Positions 1 through 10,071 of a stretch of 64,000 nt of DNA are shown here, piece by piece (positions within the stretch are counted from its first letter, which is position 1; each line of letters begins with the position of its first letter). Below the pieces are notes generated by a model. The model did no database searches, was not told the origin of the DNA, and saw only the letters and a list, made by a program, of their open reading frames with translations. Location: positions 3,221-67,220 of the IMG/VR virus record IMGVR_UViG_3300032893_000036. One strand, written 5' to 3'. This stretch comes from a virus. Position numbers and translations under genes: made by a program.

Positions 1-225
1 GCGACCGATCATATACTCAGTGACGATCACTTGGACTCCGCCGCCGAGGTCGCTAGTTCCTTCAGGTGCTAGTTTGATTGCTCGGTAGGGGCTGAGAACA
101 AGTCGACTATGGTCCTGCGAGACAATCTTGCCTTGCCACGCCATGCCGGAATTCTGGCGCCATAACCTGACACTACCGCGCGAGCAGTTCAGCAGGATGT
201 CGGCTAGGAGTTGGGATTCGCTCAT
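1..225 (-). CDS. VRR-NUC family nuclease, N-terminal part (runs off the window)
   Basis: Manual translation from ATG 225: MSESQLLADILLNCSRGSVRLWRQNSGMAWQGK...EGTSDLGG...MIGR. Fits the phage VRR-NUC pattern E..(I/L)...RL(W/F)R.N.G...G.SDL.G; lies downstream of the helicases. Confidence 0.65.
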   Translation of the reverse strand, partial: MSESQLLADILLNCSRGSVRLWRQNSGMAWQGKIVSQDHSRLVLSPYRAIKLAPEGTSDLGGGVQVIVTEYMIGR

Positions 226-697
226 AGGCGACGGCGTAACGCTGACTCAATAGCCCGTTGCCGATCCATATTCCGCGACCACGAGAGCAGGATGATGATG
301 CCGCCAGCTGGCCAGCCATACACGCAGACCGCGATGATGACCGCCGTCCAGTCCAGTGCGCAGCTGACGAGAAATTCGAGCATGGTGCAATCGCGGTTGA
401 TCATTCCGCAGCACTCAACGTTGGAATCCGCCGCCAGTGGAACAGACAGAATCGCGGTCGGTTGCGCGGCATGTCGGCGGCGAAGCGGCAGTGTTCGATT
501 TTGCAGACCTTCATGAGATCGGCCTCGTCGGACTGAGCAGCGAGTCAATGGCCTCGCGGACTTGGGGCGTCGATGTGCACGATAGGCGCACGGATTTCAC
601 CATATGTAATCCCACCAATTGCGCTCATATTCACGATTGTCCCGAATGAGCGAGGTCTTCAAAAGTCGCGCTATTCTAAGAATCCAATTGCGATGTT

Positions 698-931
698 TCA
701 CTGCAGCGTCTCCGGTGCTTCAAACACGCGATGCATCAGGGGGGTCTGGATCATCGCCCTGTTGAACATCTCGCAGTCGTCGATGAATTGCTCGTGGAGG
801 ATGGGCTGCGGAGGGGGAAACTTCGGGCGCGTAAAATGACGTATCCAGTGATCCATCGTGCCGGTGCGCCACTCAATTATCATGCCAGTAATTATGCAAA
901 TTGGCATCGCGAGAAATAACAGAGCGATCAT
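698..931 (-). CDS. small membrane-anchored hypothetical protein
   Basis: Hydrophobic N-terminus; collinear with the leftward operon. Confidence 0.45.
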   Translation of the reverse strand: MIALLFLAMPICIITGMIIEWRTGTMDHWIRHFTRPKFPPPQPILHEQFIDDCEMFNRAMIQTPLMHRVFEAPETLQ

Positions 932-1055
932 ATATTACTCCTCAATTCCAGCAGATAGCGATGGGCCTTTCCGAGTCGGCGTTTGCTCTTCAGTTTCTGC
1001 AATCGTCGCCGCTCAATATTGCGTCGATAATATTCGCGGTGATATTTCGTTCGAC

Positions 1056-1295
1056 TCATTTCACGCTCCGGCTCACGAAGCCTGTGCGTTCGCACGCCTC
1101 AGCCAGCCTCATGGCAACCGCTGCGACTTGCAATGCCTCCGTCTGTATGCGGTCCATGCGGTTGCCATGGATGGCTTCGATCAGCTCCTGATACTCTTCG
1201 GTCAGCACGCCGAGTGCCTCATGCGTCGACGCGAAGTCGCCATAACGGACTCGCGCGCGGTTCATTTCGTCGCTCAACTCTTCAGTCAGTATCAT
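1056..1295 (-). CDS. MazG-like NTP pyrophosphohydrolase
   Basis: LGVLTEEYQELIEAI...EALQVAAVA matches the EExxE...ExxQ all-alpha NTP-PPase motif; start overlaps the upstream stop. Confidence 0.65.
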   Translation of the reverse strand: MILTEELSDEMNRARVRYGDFASTHEALGVLTEEYQELIEAIHGNRMDRIQTEALQVAAVAMRLAEACERTGFVSRSVK

Positions 1296-3493
1296 GGCGT
1301 GGTCACCTCCTCGAACAGTCCGCCCATGCTAGTACGCGCGAGTCGTAGATTCGCGCATGCCTGTTTGTAGTAGGACTCCTTCAGTTCCATACCGATGAAC
1401 TTTCGGCCGTGCTGCAGAGCTACGTATCCAGTCGAGCCAATGCCGCTGAATGGATCTAGCACGGTGTCACCCGGATTAGTCCACAACTCAATGCCGCGCT
1501 CGATCACCTGCAGCTGCAGGGGACAGATGTGTCGCTCATCGGCCTGCTCGCGAGCGCTCCTGAACTGCAGCGTGTCTGATGGATTGATATCGTGCCAAAC
1601 AGGCGATGCGTATCGTTGCCACAATCCAACAGGGAACTCCTCCTCCGTCTTCGTCACACGCTCAGGGTTTTCACCTGGCTTGCGCATGGTCACGAGATAA
1701 TCAGGAATTCCCTGCCGCGACATCGCAGAATCTTTTTTTAGCTGCTTGTACAGCAATCCGAGTGCCTTGGTGCGTTGCATAGCCGTCACTGGGTCTTTCC
1801 ATATGACGACCTCGCTGTGATAGATGAATCCGGCAGCTTCGAACAGTCGGATCAGATCGCCGCGGAAGTCTCGGATGCCAATGTATCCGTTATTGACTTT
1901 GCTGGTAGGTAAATTCATGCAGTGGAACGACAGCAGTCGACCGGGAACCAAAACTCGATACAACTCGCGCACGAGAAACTCAAAATGTGCCGTAAATTCC
2001 TCGATATTCTTGCAGTTCCCCATGTCGCGATCCGATGCGCTATACGTGTATAGCGATGCAAATGGCGGACTAAAGCACGAATAGTGCACAGACTCATCCA
2101 TCAAGTTCCTAATCAACTCCACAGAGTCACCGAGTTTCATGGTCCAGTTCTCACCCGACTGCTCGTCCTGCTTGTAATCGTTCATAACTCGGTGAGTCCC
2201 TCGTATGTTGGCATTCATTTGGTCTCGCATGTGGATAACGATGTTGTCTGCCATGACTGTAGCTGCGGCTTCCTTGTCTTTAATGTTTTTGAGCACTGCG
2301 CCTTCAGTGGCGGCCACGATCAGGTGCACGTCGACGGGTTTAATTTGGCCAAATCGCCATGTACGTCTAACAGCCTGATAGAATTGCTCCCAGCTGTCGG
2401 AGAGCCCAACGAACGCCTCGTTGTGGCAGTGTTGCCAGTTTAGGCCATACCCACAAATTGAACTTTTACTCACTAGCACGCGAGCTGATCCATCCGTGAA
2501 GGCGCTGAGTGCTTTCTCCTTCTTTTGGACAGAATCCGATCCAGTCACTTCGATGGCGCCTGGGATAGCTTTAGCAAGCGCCTGCGACTCGGCATTGAGG
2601 TTGCACCATACGACCCACGGCTCACCACTCGCATTCACTAGTTCAGCGCACTGCGCCACACGCTCGTCAATGGTGTCGCGCCGCGCGGCAATGCGCTCCT
2701 GAAGCGTGGATGCCTCAAGGGCGAACAAATGACCGGGCGTCGGCCGATCGACGCGCAGCACATGCTCATGCATGCGCAGCGGCGGCAGTTTGAAATCTCC
2801 GTCGTCATAGCCCAAGTCGGACGGCTTGCGCAGCACGACGGCCCACGAAGCGAGCCATCGCCAGAAGTCCTGCTCGGCGTGCCCCTTTAGCCGCCACGAT
2901 TGAGTCTCGCCGCCGTCGTGCACAAAAAACATTGAGAGCATCTCGACGCGAGTCATGACGCCTAGGAATTCAGCATGGTTGCCGAGTTCCATGTAATCGT
3001 TGGGCGCAGGGGTCGCCGTGCATGCCAGCTTGAAGCGGGTATTCTTGAAGTCTTGAATGATCCGCGTGCGCGTCTTGCCGTCGTAAGACTTTAAGATGCT
3101 GGACTCGTCCAACACGACGCCTTCGAAGGTGCTTGGCTCAAAGTGCACGAGCATTTCGTAGTTGGTGATGTTGATTCCGGGCTGTGTATCCGCTTGTGTG
3201 CGGCACAGAGTAACTGGAATTCCGAAGCGTGCGCCTTCCTTCACCGTCTGCGCGGCCACTGCAAGTGGTGCCAAGATCAGCACGTCTCCAGGGATGTGAC
3301 GTGCCCATTCTAGCTGTTGAAACGTCTTGCCGAGCCCACAGTCCTCGAACAGTGCCGCACATCCTCGCTTGAGCGCCCACCGAACGATGTCACGCTGGAA
3401 TGGAAATAAATCCGCATGGAGCTCTGGAATATCAAATAGCCCCGTTGGCTTGGCAACGACAGACTTGCGCTGCAGGAAGTCTTGATAGCTCAT
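1292..3493 (-). CDS. SNF2-like helicase fused to N4C/N6A DNA methyltransferase
   Basis: Helicase motifs DCGLGKT, LDESS, TATPAPND, QAVRRTWRFGQ; C-terminal FSPPF (motif IV) and DPFSGIGST (motif I). Alternative start at 3529. Confidence 0.9.
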   Translation of the reverse strand: MSYQDFLQRKSVVAKPTGLFDIPELHADLFPFQRDIVRWALKRGCAALFEDCGLGKTFQQLEWARHIPGDVLILAPLAVAAQTVKEGARFGIPVTLCRTQADTQPGINITNYEMLVHFEPSTFEGVVLDESSILKSYDGKTRTRIIQDFKNTRFKLACTATPAPNDYMELGNHAEFLGVMTRVEMLSMFFVHDGGETQSWRLKGHAEQDFWRWLASWAVVLRKPSDLGYDDGDFKLPPLRMHEHVLRVDRPTPGHLFALEASTLQERIAARRDTIDERVAQCAELVNASGEPWVVWCNLNAESQALAKAIPGAIEVTGSDSVQKKEKALSAFTDGSARVLVSKSSICGYGLNWQHCHNEAFVGLSDSWEQFYQAVRRTWRFGQIKPVDVHLIVAATEGAVLKNIKDKEAAATVMADNIVIHMRDQMNANIRGTHRVMNDYKQDEQSGENWTMKLGDSVELIRNLMDESVHYSCFSPPFASLYTYSASDRDMGNCKNIEEFTAHFEFLVRELYRVLVPGRLLSFHCMNLPTSKVNNGYIGIRDFRGDLIRLFEAAGFIYHSEVVIWKDPVTAMQRTKALGLLYKQLKKDSAMSRQGIPDYLVTMRKPGENPERVTKTEEEFPVGLWQRYASPVWHDINPSDTLQFRSAREQADERHICPLQLQVIERGIELWTNPGDTVLDPFSGIGSTGYVALQHGRKFIGMELKESYYKQACANLRLARTSMGGLFEEVTTP

Positions 3494-3525
3494 GTGCGCA
3501 CCCTCGCACACCAGCAGCGCGAGAG

Positions 3526-4923
3526 TCAAGCGGATTTTTTTGCGGCCCGCGCGGCAAGCACATGCCGAGCTCTGCCGAGAAGGTCCCCCTTGTATCCACG
3601 GTGCCGAAATATCTCGGCCAGTTGCTCCGGCGTCGTCGCCTTTGACTGCTCGAACGCGAGCCGCCGCTTCTCCTGCCGCCGTGCCACTTCCTCCGGAGTA
3701 ATTTCAGCGAGCTTGCCCTCCCGCTGCTCTACCTCGCGCGGCTTCGGCACAAATAGATATCCACACTCCGGACACTTGCGCGCAGCGGACTGCATCGCGG
3801 CCCAACAATTGGGGCAGACTTTGACGGAGGTGGCTTTTTTCTTTTTCGGCTGGTCCTCACCGTTGAGAGTCCACGGCGTCGCGCGGTCCCAGTGTGGCAA
3901 ACCAAAGCGCTCCCAGTTACGACAGTGATCGAAGATCCAAGCGCGCTCTTTGCCAATCTCGGGCCGCAAAATACGTCCGCACTGCTGGCGGTAGATCACT
4001 TCGGACTGCGTGGGGCGCAGCATGATTCCAACGTGCACGCCGGGGCAGTCGAAGCCTTCGCTGAACAGATCGCAGCTCGCGAGTAGCGTGATCTTTCGGT
4101 CGCGGAAATCCTTCACGACGCCCCGGCGAATCTCGCGATCCGTGCCGCCGTCCAGCGCCATGGCCGAATATCCCGCGTCGCGGAATTGTTTCGCGACATC
4201 GTGCGCATGCTGCACTGACACGCAGAACGCGAGCGCCGGCAGTCCATCGGTCTTGCTGCGGTACATCTCGAGCGCGCTGCCTGTGATGGCGGGTGTGTTG
4301 ACCAGTTCCTCGGATTCGCTGGTGACGAACTCGCCGGCTCGCGTGTGTAGTCCGCTGGTATCGACGGTCTCAGGCCCGAAGACAATCGGCGGCGCGAGCC
4401 ATCCGCCTGCGATGAGCTCAGCCGGCGAAGGACCTACGATCAGCTTGTCGAATATGGTGCCGAGTCCCTCACCTGATGGGCGCATGGGCGTCGCGGTCAC
4501 TCCAAGTAGCTTCGCATTCGGCCAGTGTCGAATGACCGACTCCCAGGTCGCGGCGCGCGCGTGATGGGCCTCGTCGATAATGATCAAGTCGGGCGCAGGC
4601 GTTTCGCCGAGGCGGCGGACGAGGGTCTGGATGTTGGCGACATAGGTTAGTGCTGATCGCTTGGTATAGCCTGCAGCGATATAGCCATGATCGACACCCG
4701 CGTTGGCGAGTGAACCAGATATCTGGTCAACGAGCTCAATGCGGTGCGTGAGAATGAGTACGCGGTTGCCTTTGGCCTGGGCACCGTACGCGATGTGGCT
4801 GAAGATGACGGTCTTGCCGCCGCCAGTTGGGAGCACGTACAGCGGGGCGCGGCAGCGATCAGGGCCGAACGCTTGGCGTATGCGCGCGATGCCGTCGAGC
4901 TGGTAGGGGCGGAGGGTGATCAC
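3526..4923 (-). CDS. DEAH-box SF2 helicase with C-terminal zinc ribbon
   Basis: LRPYQ, PTGGGKT, IDEAHH, TATP, QQCGRILR, CPNC...CPECG. Confidence 0.92.
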   Translation of the reverse strand: MITLRPYQLDGIARIRQAFGPDRCRAPLYVLPTGGGKTVIFSHIAYGAQAKGNRVLILTHRIELVDQISGSLANAGVDHGYIAAGYTKRSALTYVANIQTLVRRLGETPAPDLIIIDEAHHARAATWESVIRHWPNAKLLGVTATPMRPSGEGLGTIFDKLIVGPSPAELIAGGWLAPPIVFGPETVDTSGLHTRAGEFVTSESEELVNTPAITGSALEMYRSKTDGLPALAFCVSVQHAHDVAKQFRDAGYSAMALDGGTDREIRRGVVKDFRDRKITLLASCDLFSEGFDCPGVHVGIMLRPTQSEVIYRQQCGRILRPEIGKERAWIFDHCRNWERFGLPHWDRATPWTLNGEDQPKKKKATSVKVCPNCWAAMQSAARKCPECGYLFVPKPREVEQREGKLAEITPEEVARRQEKRRLAFEQSKATTPEQLAEIFRHRGYKGDLLGRARHVLAARAAKKSA

Positions 4924-5052
4924 AAATGCGGGGGAAGCGATGCAGCGTCCGGCCGGTGTCCGAGCATCCTCGCTCAGGTCGGACCTACAAATATGACCCT
5001 GTGGCCACAGGGACTGTCGCGGTCACTGCATCGCTCCGTGCTTACAACACGG

Positions 5053-5277
5053 TTATCCCCTTTCGGGTGTATTCGGTGATGATGGCGGAAACTTGCACCG
5101 CGCGCAAACGGTGTAGCCGTGGGCGCAGGTTGACACTAACGTCAGTGCCATGACGAATGGTTGACCGTCCGCCTCGCACCGCGCAAAGAGATAGTCGTAT
5201 ACGTCTGGTAACTCTGCTCCGAGTTTTCTCCAATGAAGACTCAGCAGATCGTTCGCCGTAGGCTTACCCATTGCCAT
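5053..5277 (-). CDS. hypothetical protein with Cys cluster
   Basis: Overlaps the upstream HTH gene; CAHGYTVCARC. Confidence 0.4.
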   Translation of the reverse strand: MAMGKPTANDLLSLHWRKLGAELPDVYDYLFARCEADGQPFVMALTLVSTCAHGYTVCARCKFPPSSPNTPERG

Positions 5278-5527
5278 TCACCTTCCGGTCCCGCTGCGCA
5301 AAATTGTGCAACTCCTGCACGGTGTAGACATCTTGCGGCTCGTACTCGCCAGCGATATACCGGCCGATTGTTTCGCGCGTGAGCCCCACCTGTTCAGCGA
5401 TCTCGATCTGCCGGCCGCCCGAATGCTCGCGCAGATATTGCAGCGCCTCCGCGCGCATGCTCGTGAAAAGATTGACCAAAGGGCCATTCGGGCGCTTGCG
5501 CTTTCCCCAGGACTTGTCGTTTCTCAT
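5264..5527 (-). CDS. Cro/Xre-like HTH regulator
   Basis: RQIEIAEQVGLTRETIGRYIAG helix-turn-helix; first gene of the leftward operon at the divergence point. Confidence 0.75.
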   Translation of the reverse strand: MRNDKSWGKRKRPNGPLVNLFTSMRAEALQYLREHSGGRQIEIAEQVGLTRETIGRYIAGEYEPQDVYTVQELHNFAQRDRKVNGNG

Positions 5528-5869
5528 GGTAGCGAAAGCTAGCATACGTGATAGGCCGCACACAAAAAAGATTTGCAAACGACTTAAGACTGTGCGAGGG
5601 TTCTCACACAATGTACCCGACAGACAAAGAACTGCACACACGACTGACAGTGGCCGCTATCTGCACGGTCGCTGGATTGCTGGTCGGCATTATTATCGGC
5701 TGTTCATTCGCACTATATTTACTGAACTAGGGGGCGTTATGTACTACATCATTGGTGGCATTGGCGTCGGACTGATTCTGTGGGCGATCTATCGTCCCGC
5801 GCCGCGAGGCCGCACGTTCAAGACGTATGAGGAATGGCGGCAATTTGAGGAAGGGTGGGGAGGTGAGGA

Positions 5870-6073
5870 TTGAATAAACAAGATCCCCGACGCCGCGCAG
5901 CCTTGTTGGAAGAAGCCCGCGCGTGCGGCCGGATGGGCTCACGGAGGCTGAGCGATACGGTGCTGTTCGGCGATGGGACGGACCCGACGCAGACGTTAAT
6001 TCTGGCTGCGCTAGATGCCTTCGAAGATGGCCGGCAAGAGAGACTTGACAACAACCGAGGCAACAATGGCTAA
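5870..6073 (+). CDS. hypothetical protein
   Basis: Strong GGAGGTGAGG SD; part of an overlapping ORF chain. Confidence 0.45.
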   Translation: MNKQDPRRRAALLEEARACGRMGSRRLSDTVLFGDGTDPTQTLILAALDAFEDGRQERLDNNRGNNG

Positions 6074-6278
6074 GACAATTTCAACCCGGCACTATATCGT
6101 CCGTTCGAAAGAAACCGGCGACCCGATAGCGCTGATCGATGCAGTATCTGTGGCTGCGGCGCGGTCGCACTTTGTCAGCCGCCCGTACACGGTCGCTTAC
6201 GCTGAACAAGGCGACGTCGTGGCTGCGATCAAAGCCGGCATTGAGCCAGAAAAGGCTGGCGAGGTTGCGGAGGAATGA
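6066..6278 (+). CDS. hypothetical protein
   Basis: GAGG SD, phage-like codon usage, ATGA overlap with the next gene. Confidence 0.6.
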   Translation: MAKTISTRHYIVRSKETGDPIALIDAVSVAAARSHFVSRPYTVAYAEQGDVVAAIKAGIEPEKAGEVAEE

Positions 6279-6484
6279 CTACTGAGGCCGACACTCTCCT
6301 GCGACTGCTCCGCGAGCGCGCCATCGCTCGCCGGAATGCGCGCGCCGAGATGCGCGAGAATCGGCTCGCGGACAAGGATGTCCCGATGGAGTGCCTCAAG
6401 AGCTGGCCCCCGCTCGCGCACGCCGACGAAGCGGTCGCCGAGGCGATGCGGGAGTATGAGATTTCGGAAGGGGTGTATGAATGA
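6275..6484 (+). CDS. hypothetical protein
   Basis: ATGA overlaps at both ends. Confidence 0.55.
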   Translation: MTTEADTLLRLLRERAIARRNARAEMRENRLADKDVPMECLKSWPPLAHADEAVAEAMREYEISEGVYE

Positions 6485-6699
6485 GTATCGAACTGAGCGC
6501 TCGCCAGCGCCAAGTCCTAACCGGCATCTGCGAGGGCTACACCAATCGCGAGATTGCCGCAAATTTGCAGCTATCCGAAAAGACCGTTAAAGGATACGTC
6601 ACGTCGATATTCAAGGTGTTAAACGTGAAGAATCGCACGACGGCTGCAATAGTTGGTAGGCAATCGCACTGCGCGACGTGCACCTGTCACGCTAAATAA
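6481..6699 (+). CDS. stand-alone LuxR/GerE-type HTH protein
   Basis: LSARQRQVL..ICEGYTNREIAANLQLSEKTVKGYVTSIFKVLNV is a textbook LuxR C-terminal HTH. Confidence 0.9.
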   Translation: MSIELSARQRQVLTGICEGYTNREIAANLQLSEKTVKGYVTSIFKVLNVKNRTTAAIVGRQSHCATCTCHAK

Positions 6700-6725
6700 T
6701 TTCCCCAGTAAAAGGAGTTCCGACC

Positions 6726-6923
6726 ATGTTGATTATCTCAATCAAAGACGGCGAGTCCTTCGAGATCGGTAACCACGTCAAGGTCAAAATCCTTGGCTCG
6801 CGCGGCAACCAGACTCGCGTCGGAATCGACGCCCCTCGCGACATTCCCGTCCACCGTACCAAGATCGCGGACCGTATCCGCGCTGAGAACGGCGGCACGA
6901 TTCCAGGCAAGGAGGCCGAGTAA
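6726..6923 (+). CDS. csrA: CsrA/RsmA family translational regulator
   Basis: MLIIS..GES..IG..V.V.ILG..GNQ.RVGIDAP.DIPVHR aligns without gaps to CsrA; AAGGAG SD. Confidence 0.9.
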   Translation: MLIISIKDGESFEIGNHVKVKILGSRGNQTRVGIDAPRDIPVHRTKIADRIRAENGGTIPGKEAE

Positions 6924-6924
6924 A

Positions 6925-7095
6925 ATGGCTACCGACACAGCCGAACTGAATAAATCCTTCGATGCATGGCTGAAAGAACGGCGGGACAATCTGACATTGC
7001 GCCAGCAGTTTTGGCTGGCATGGAAGGCGGGAGCAGAGTGGGCGCTTGACGAAGTGCGGCGCACGTCGGGATTACCGCCGAGGGATCCGGAATGA
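6925..7095 (+). CDS. hypothetical protein
   Basis: FDAW...AWKAGAEWAL motif typical of small phage proteins; coupled to the next gene. Confidence 0.5.
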   Translation: MATDTAELNKSFDAWLKERRDNLTLRQQFWLAWKAGAEWALDEVRRTSGLPPRDPE

Positions 7096-7940
7096 CCGCC
7101 CGCCTGCTCAACATAACAGACGCCGAGTACTTCGCGGACCCGTGTCGCACTCCCTCATTGAGCCAGTCCATCGCCAATATTTTGATCAGCCAAAGCCCTT
7201 TGCATGCCTGGGCAGCGCATCCGAAGTTGGGCGGCATTCCGCGCACGCCGACTGACGCGACGGACGAAGGGACTCTCCTGCATGCGCTGCTACTTGGCAA
7301 GGGCATGGAGAAAATCGTCGTTCTCGATTACGACAAGTACAGTACGAAAAAGTCGCAGGAGGATCGCGACGCTGTACTGGAACAAGGGCTCATCCCCATC
7401 AAGCGCAAAGAGTTCGACGGCATCCAGGAAGCGTTGGACCAGATCCACGCCAACATCAAGGCTGCGGGTGTCTCTCTCGCGGGGCACAACGAAGTCGCCT
7501 TTGAATGGGATGAGCCAGGATGGAATGGCCCCATCATCTGCCGCGGCAAGATGGATGTCGTGCGCCCCGACCTCGGCGAGATTCTCGAAGTGAAGAAGAC
7601 GCGCAACGCAAATCCCGAAAACCTGAGACGGCATTTCACGGACTACGGCTACCATGTCCAGTGGGCAGCTTACGTGAGCTGTCTTGAGAAACTCGTCCCG
7701 GAACTCGCCGGGCGAGTGACCTTCCAGTTCGTGTTCATCGAGATCGATCCGCCGTATGCCGTGTCCGTCGCGGAGCCGTCAGGCGCAATGCGCGAACTGG
7801 GGCAGCGTCAGTGGGTGCGCGCAGTGCAGACATGGGAGCGGTGTCTGGAGACGAACGTGTGGCCTGGATACGGCGGCCAAGTCGCGCGGCTGGAGCCGAT
7901 GCCGTGGTTGATGAGTGAGACACTGATGGAGGCCCAATGA
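7092..7940 (+). CDS. RecE/exonuclease VIII-like PD-(D/E)XK nuclease
   Basis: EYFAD...LSQS, GTLLHALLL, CRGKMDVV...EVKKT, YGYHVQWAAY, WPGY. Confidence 0.85.
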   Translation: MTARLLNITDAEYFADPCRTPSLSQSIANILISQSPLHAWAAHPKLGGIPRTPTDATDEGTLLHALLLGKGMEKIVVLDYDKYSTKKSQEDRDAVLEQGLIPIKRKEFDGIQEALDQIHANIKAAGVSLAGHNEVAFEWDEPGWNGPIICRGKMDVVRPDLGEILEVKKTRNANPENLRRHFTDYGYHVQWAAYVSCLEKLVPELAGRVTFQFVFIEIDPPYAVSVAEPSGAMRELGQRQWVRAVQTWERCLETNVWPGYGGQVARLEPMPWLMSETLMEAQ

Positions 7941-8899
7941 CACGCACGTTCGATGACACGCCCGCGATACGTCAAATGGTGCCTTTGCTGGTTGGACTGG
8001 TAGGCAGTTCTGGTAGCGGGAAAACGAAATCAGCCCTACGACTCGCTGAAGGGATGCAGAGAGTGACTGGCGGGGAGATATTCGGAATCGATACCGAAGC
8101 CAAGCGCATGCTCCACTATGCAGATGCGCACCAGTTCAGACACGTACCGTTTGGCGCTCCATTTGACGCCATGTCGTATCTCGACGCAGTCGAACATTGC
8201 GCGAAGAAAGGAGCCAAGATAATCATTATCGACAGCGCCTCACATCTCCATGAAGGCCCTGGCGGGACGCTGGAAATGCATGAGGCCGAGTGCGAGCGGT
8301 TGATGACGGCTTGGCGTACTACGCGCGATAAGGTACAGATGTCGGCATGGCAAAAGCCCAAGTCGGAATTGCGTCGGTTTCTCAACACAGTACTGCAGAT
8401 GCAAGTCAATACCATTTGGTGCTTCCGCGCCAAAGAGAAATTGAAGATCATTCCGGGTAAGCCCCCCCAGCCGATGGGGTTCATGCCGATCGCAGGCGAT
8501 GAGATGATCTACGAAATGACGCTGAATTGTCTGCTGTATCCAAATAGCGGCGGCATTCCATCGTGGCATCCCGAGGAGATGGGCGAGCGTGCGATCATTA
8601 AGTTGCCCGAACAGTTCCGCTCCTTGTTCGAAAAGCCGAAGCCACTTGATGAGGATACCGGCCAGAAGTTGGCCGAATGGGCAGCCGGCGGTAAACCGAA
8701 GCAGCCTTCGCCCGCAGACATCGACCCCGACTCCCTAACCCGCGCCTACGCCGACTGCGAGTCTGCTGACGCGTTCGCGCAGTTGGAGACCCAGCGGGCC
8801 AGCCTGTGGGCCAAAATCCCGCCAGGCGACGCGAAAAACGCGCTGAAGGCCGCTAGCGACGCGGCTAAAAAGAGAGTTGCGGCGCCCGGCAACGTGTGA
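7937..8899 (+). CDS. Sak4/AAA_24-like ATPase (recombinase-associated)
   Basis: Walker A GSSGSGKT, IDTE, IIIDSASH; directly follows the RecE-like gene. Confidence 0.8.
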   Translation: MTRTFDDTPAIRQMVPLLVGLVGSSGSGKTKSALRLAEGMQRVTGGEIFGIDTEAKRMLHYADAHQFRHVPFGAPFDAMSYLDAVEHCAKKGAKIIIIDSASHLHEGPGGTLEMHEAECERLMTAWRTTRDKVQMSAWQKPKSELRRFLNTVLQMQVNTIWCFRAKEKLKIIPGKPPQPMGFMPIAGDEMIYEMTLNCLLYPNSGGIPSWHPEEMGERAIIKLPEQFRSLFEKPKPLDEDTGQKLAEWAAGGKPKQPSPADIDPDSLTRAYADCESADAFAQLETQRASLWAKIPPGDAKNALKAASDAAKKRVAAPGNV

Positions 8900-8933
8900 T
8901 AGGCTGCGCACATCAAGTAAGGAGACGGCCCCC

Positions 8934-9308
8934 ATGAAAATGTATCCGCGCAGCGAGTTCCCGGTCGTAAAGCTTCCGCCCATCATTCGCGCAAACGGTT
9001 CAATTTCCCGCGCCGCGATCGCCACCAGATTCAGCGCTGTTGGATGTCCACATGGGAAGGTCGATGTGACCGTTGCCGCGATCAAGGCCGGTATCGACAT
9101 TAACGTGGCTTTCCAGCTCGGCATGCTGGCGTATTACGCCAATGACTTGTCCATTGATGCCCTTGAGCGCACGCAGAGAGCCATGTTGCATAGCGCCGAA
9201 AAGCGGCATGCAGAGAAGTTCCCGCACGGCAAATGCGCAGAGGACTTGGCGGCGCTGCGCGAAGGACGTCCGTCCAGATGGGGCACTCCTGAGTTTCATC
9301 GCCAGTAA
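8934..9308 (+). CDS. hypothetical protein
   Basis: AAGGAG SD upstream. Confidence 0.5.
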   Translation: MKMYPRSEFPVVKLPPIIRANGSISRAAIATRFSAVGCPHGKVDVTVAAIKAGIDINVAFQLGMLAYYANDLSIDALERTQRAMLHSAEKRHAEKFPHGKCAEDLAALREGRPSRWGTPEFHRQ

Positions 9309-9335
9309 TGGCACATACTGAAAACGGAGATTCGT

Positions 9336-9551
9336 ATGACGGAAAAACTACCAGAATTTAGCCTGTGCCTGCCCACAGCCGAGGACACCGCAATTTTTTT
9401 GAAATTGCGTGCTCGCAATCTCTGGCCTATCGACAGAGATTTTTGTGATTTCGCGATGCTGCGGGTGTATTGGGCGGATGGTGGAGCTGCGCGGGATGGC
9501 GCCAACATTTTTGACTGGAACCAACAATTCATGGAATCGTTGCAGCCATGA
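9336..9551 (+). CDS. hypothetical protein
   Basis: GGAG SD; collinear. Confidence 0.45.
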   Translation: MTEKLPEFSLCLPTAEDTAIFLKLRARNLWPIDRDFCDFAMLRVYWADGGAARDGANIFDWNQQFMESLQP

Positions 9552-9717
9552 TTCCTATCTGTTCTCTCTGCCGCCAACTACTCGACGTGACCGCTCCTCA
9601 CGCTATCGTCAACCACGATTACGCGCATCTGGATTGCGCGGACGAATTCGATTCGCGTGATCTGGGCAGCATCGACTTGCCGGATGATCGGGAGCCGATC
9701 GAAGAGGAGGACGCGCG

Positions 9718-9915
9718 ATGATTCATTGGTGGATCCACCTCTCTTTCTCCGCTGCAATGCTGTGGCTAATCGTAATTGTCGGCATCATCTCTCTGACAGC
9801 AATGCTGTGTTGTATCGGTCGTCAGTCTGAAGTGCTGCCGCCGCCTCACTGGGCAACCAAGCGTAGGACTGCGGAGGCGCCCGGTAAAGTGCGTCATCCG
9901 TGGGAGCAATCATGA
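9718..9915 (+). CDS. small membrane protein
   Basis: Long hydrophobic N-terminal helix; GGAGG SD. Confidence 0.5.
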   Translation: MIHWWIHLSFSAAMLWLIVIVGIISLTAMLCCIGRQSEVLPPPHWATKRRTAEAPGKVRHPWEQS

Positions 9916-10071
9916 ATTGGGACATCATGCCGTTATGGAACTGGGTCGCGCTCTTTTTTCTTGTTGTCTCTGGCGTGAGTCTGCTTATCTGGGGATTTTG
10001 GAGTTCTCGAGAAAGGAAGTGAGCAGCTCCGGACGAATGAGCTTAACGCACTGTAACTAAAGGTAAAAACA

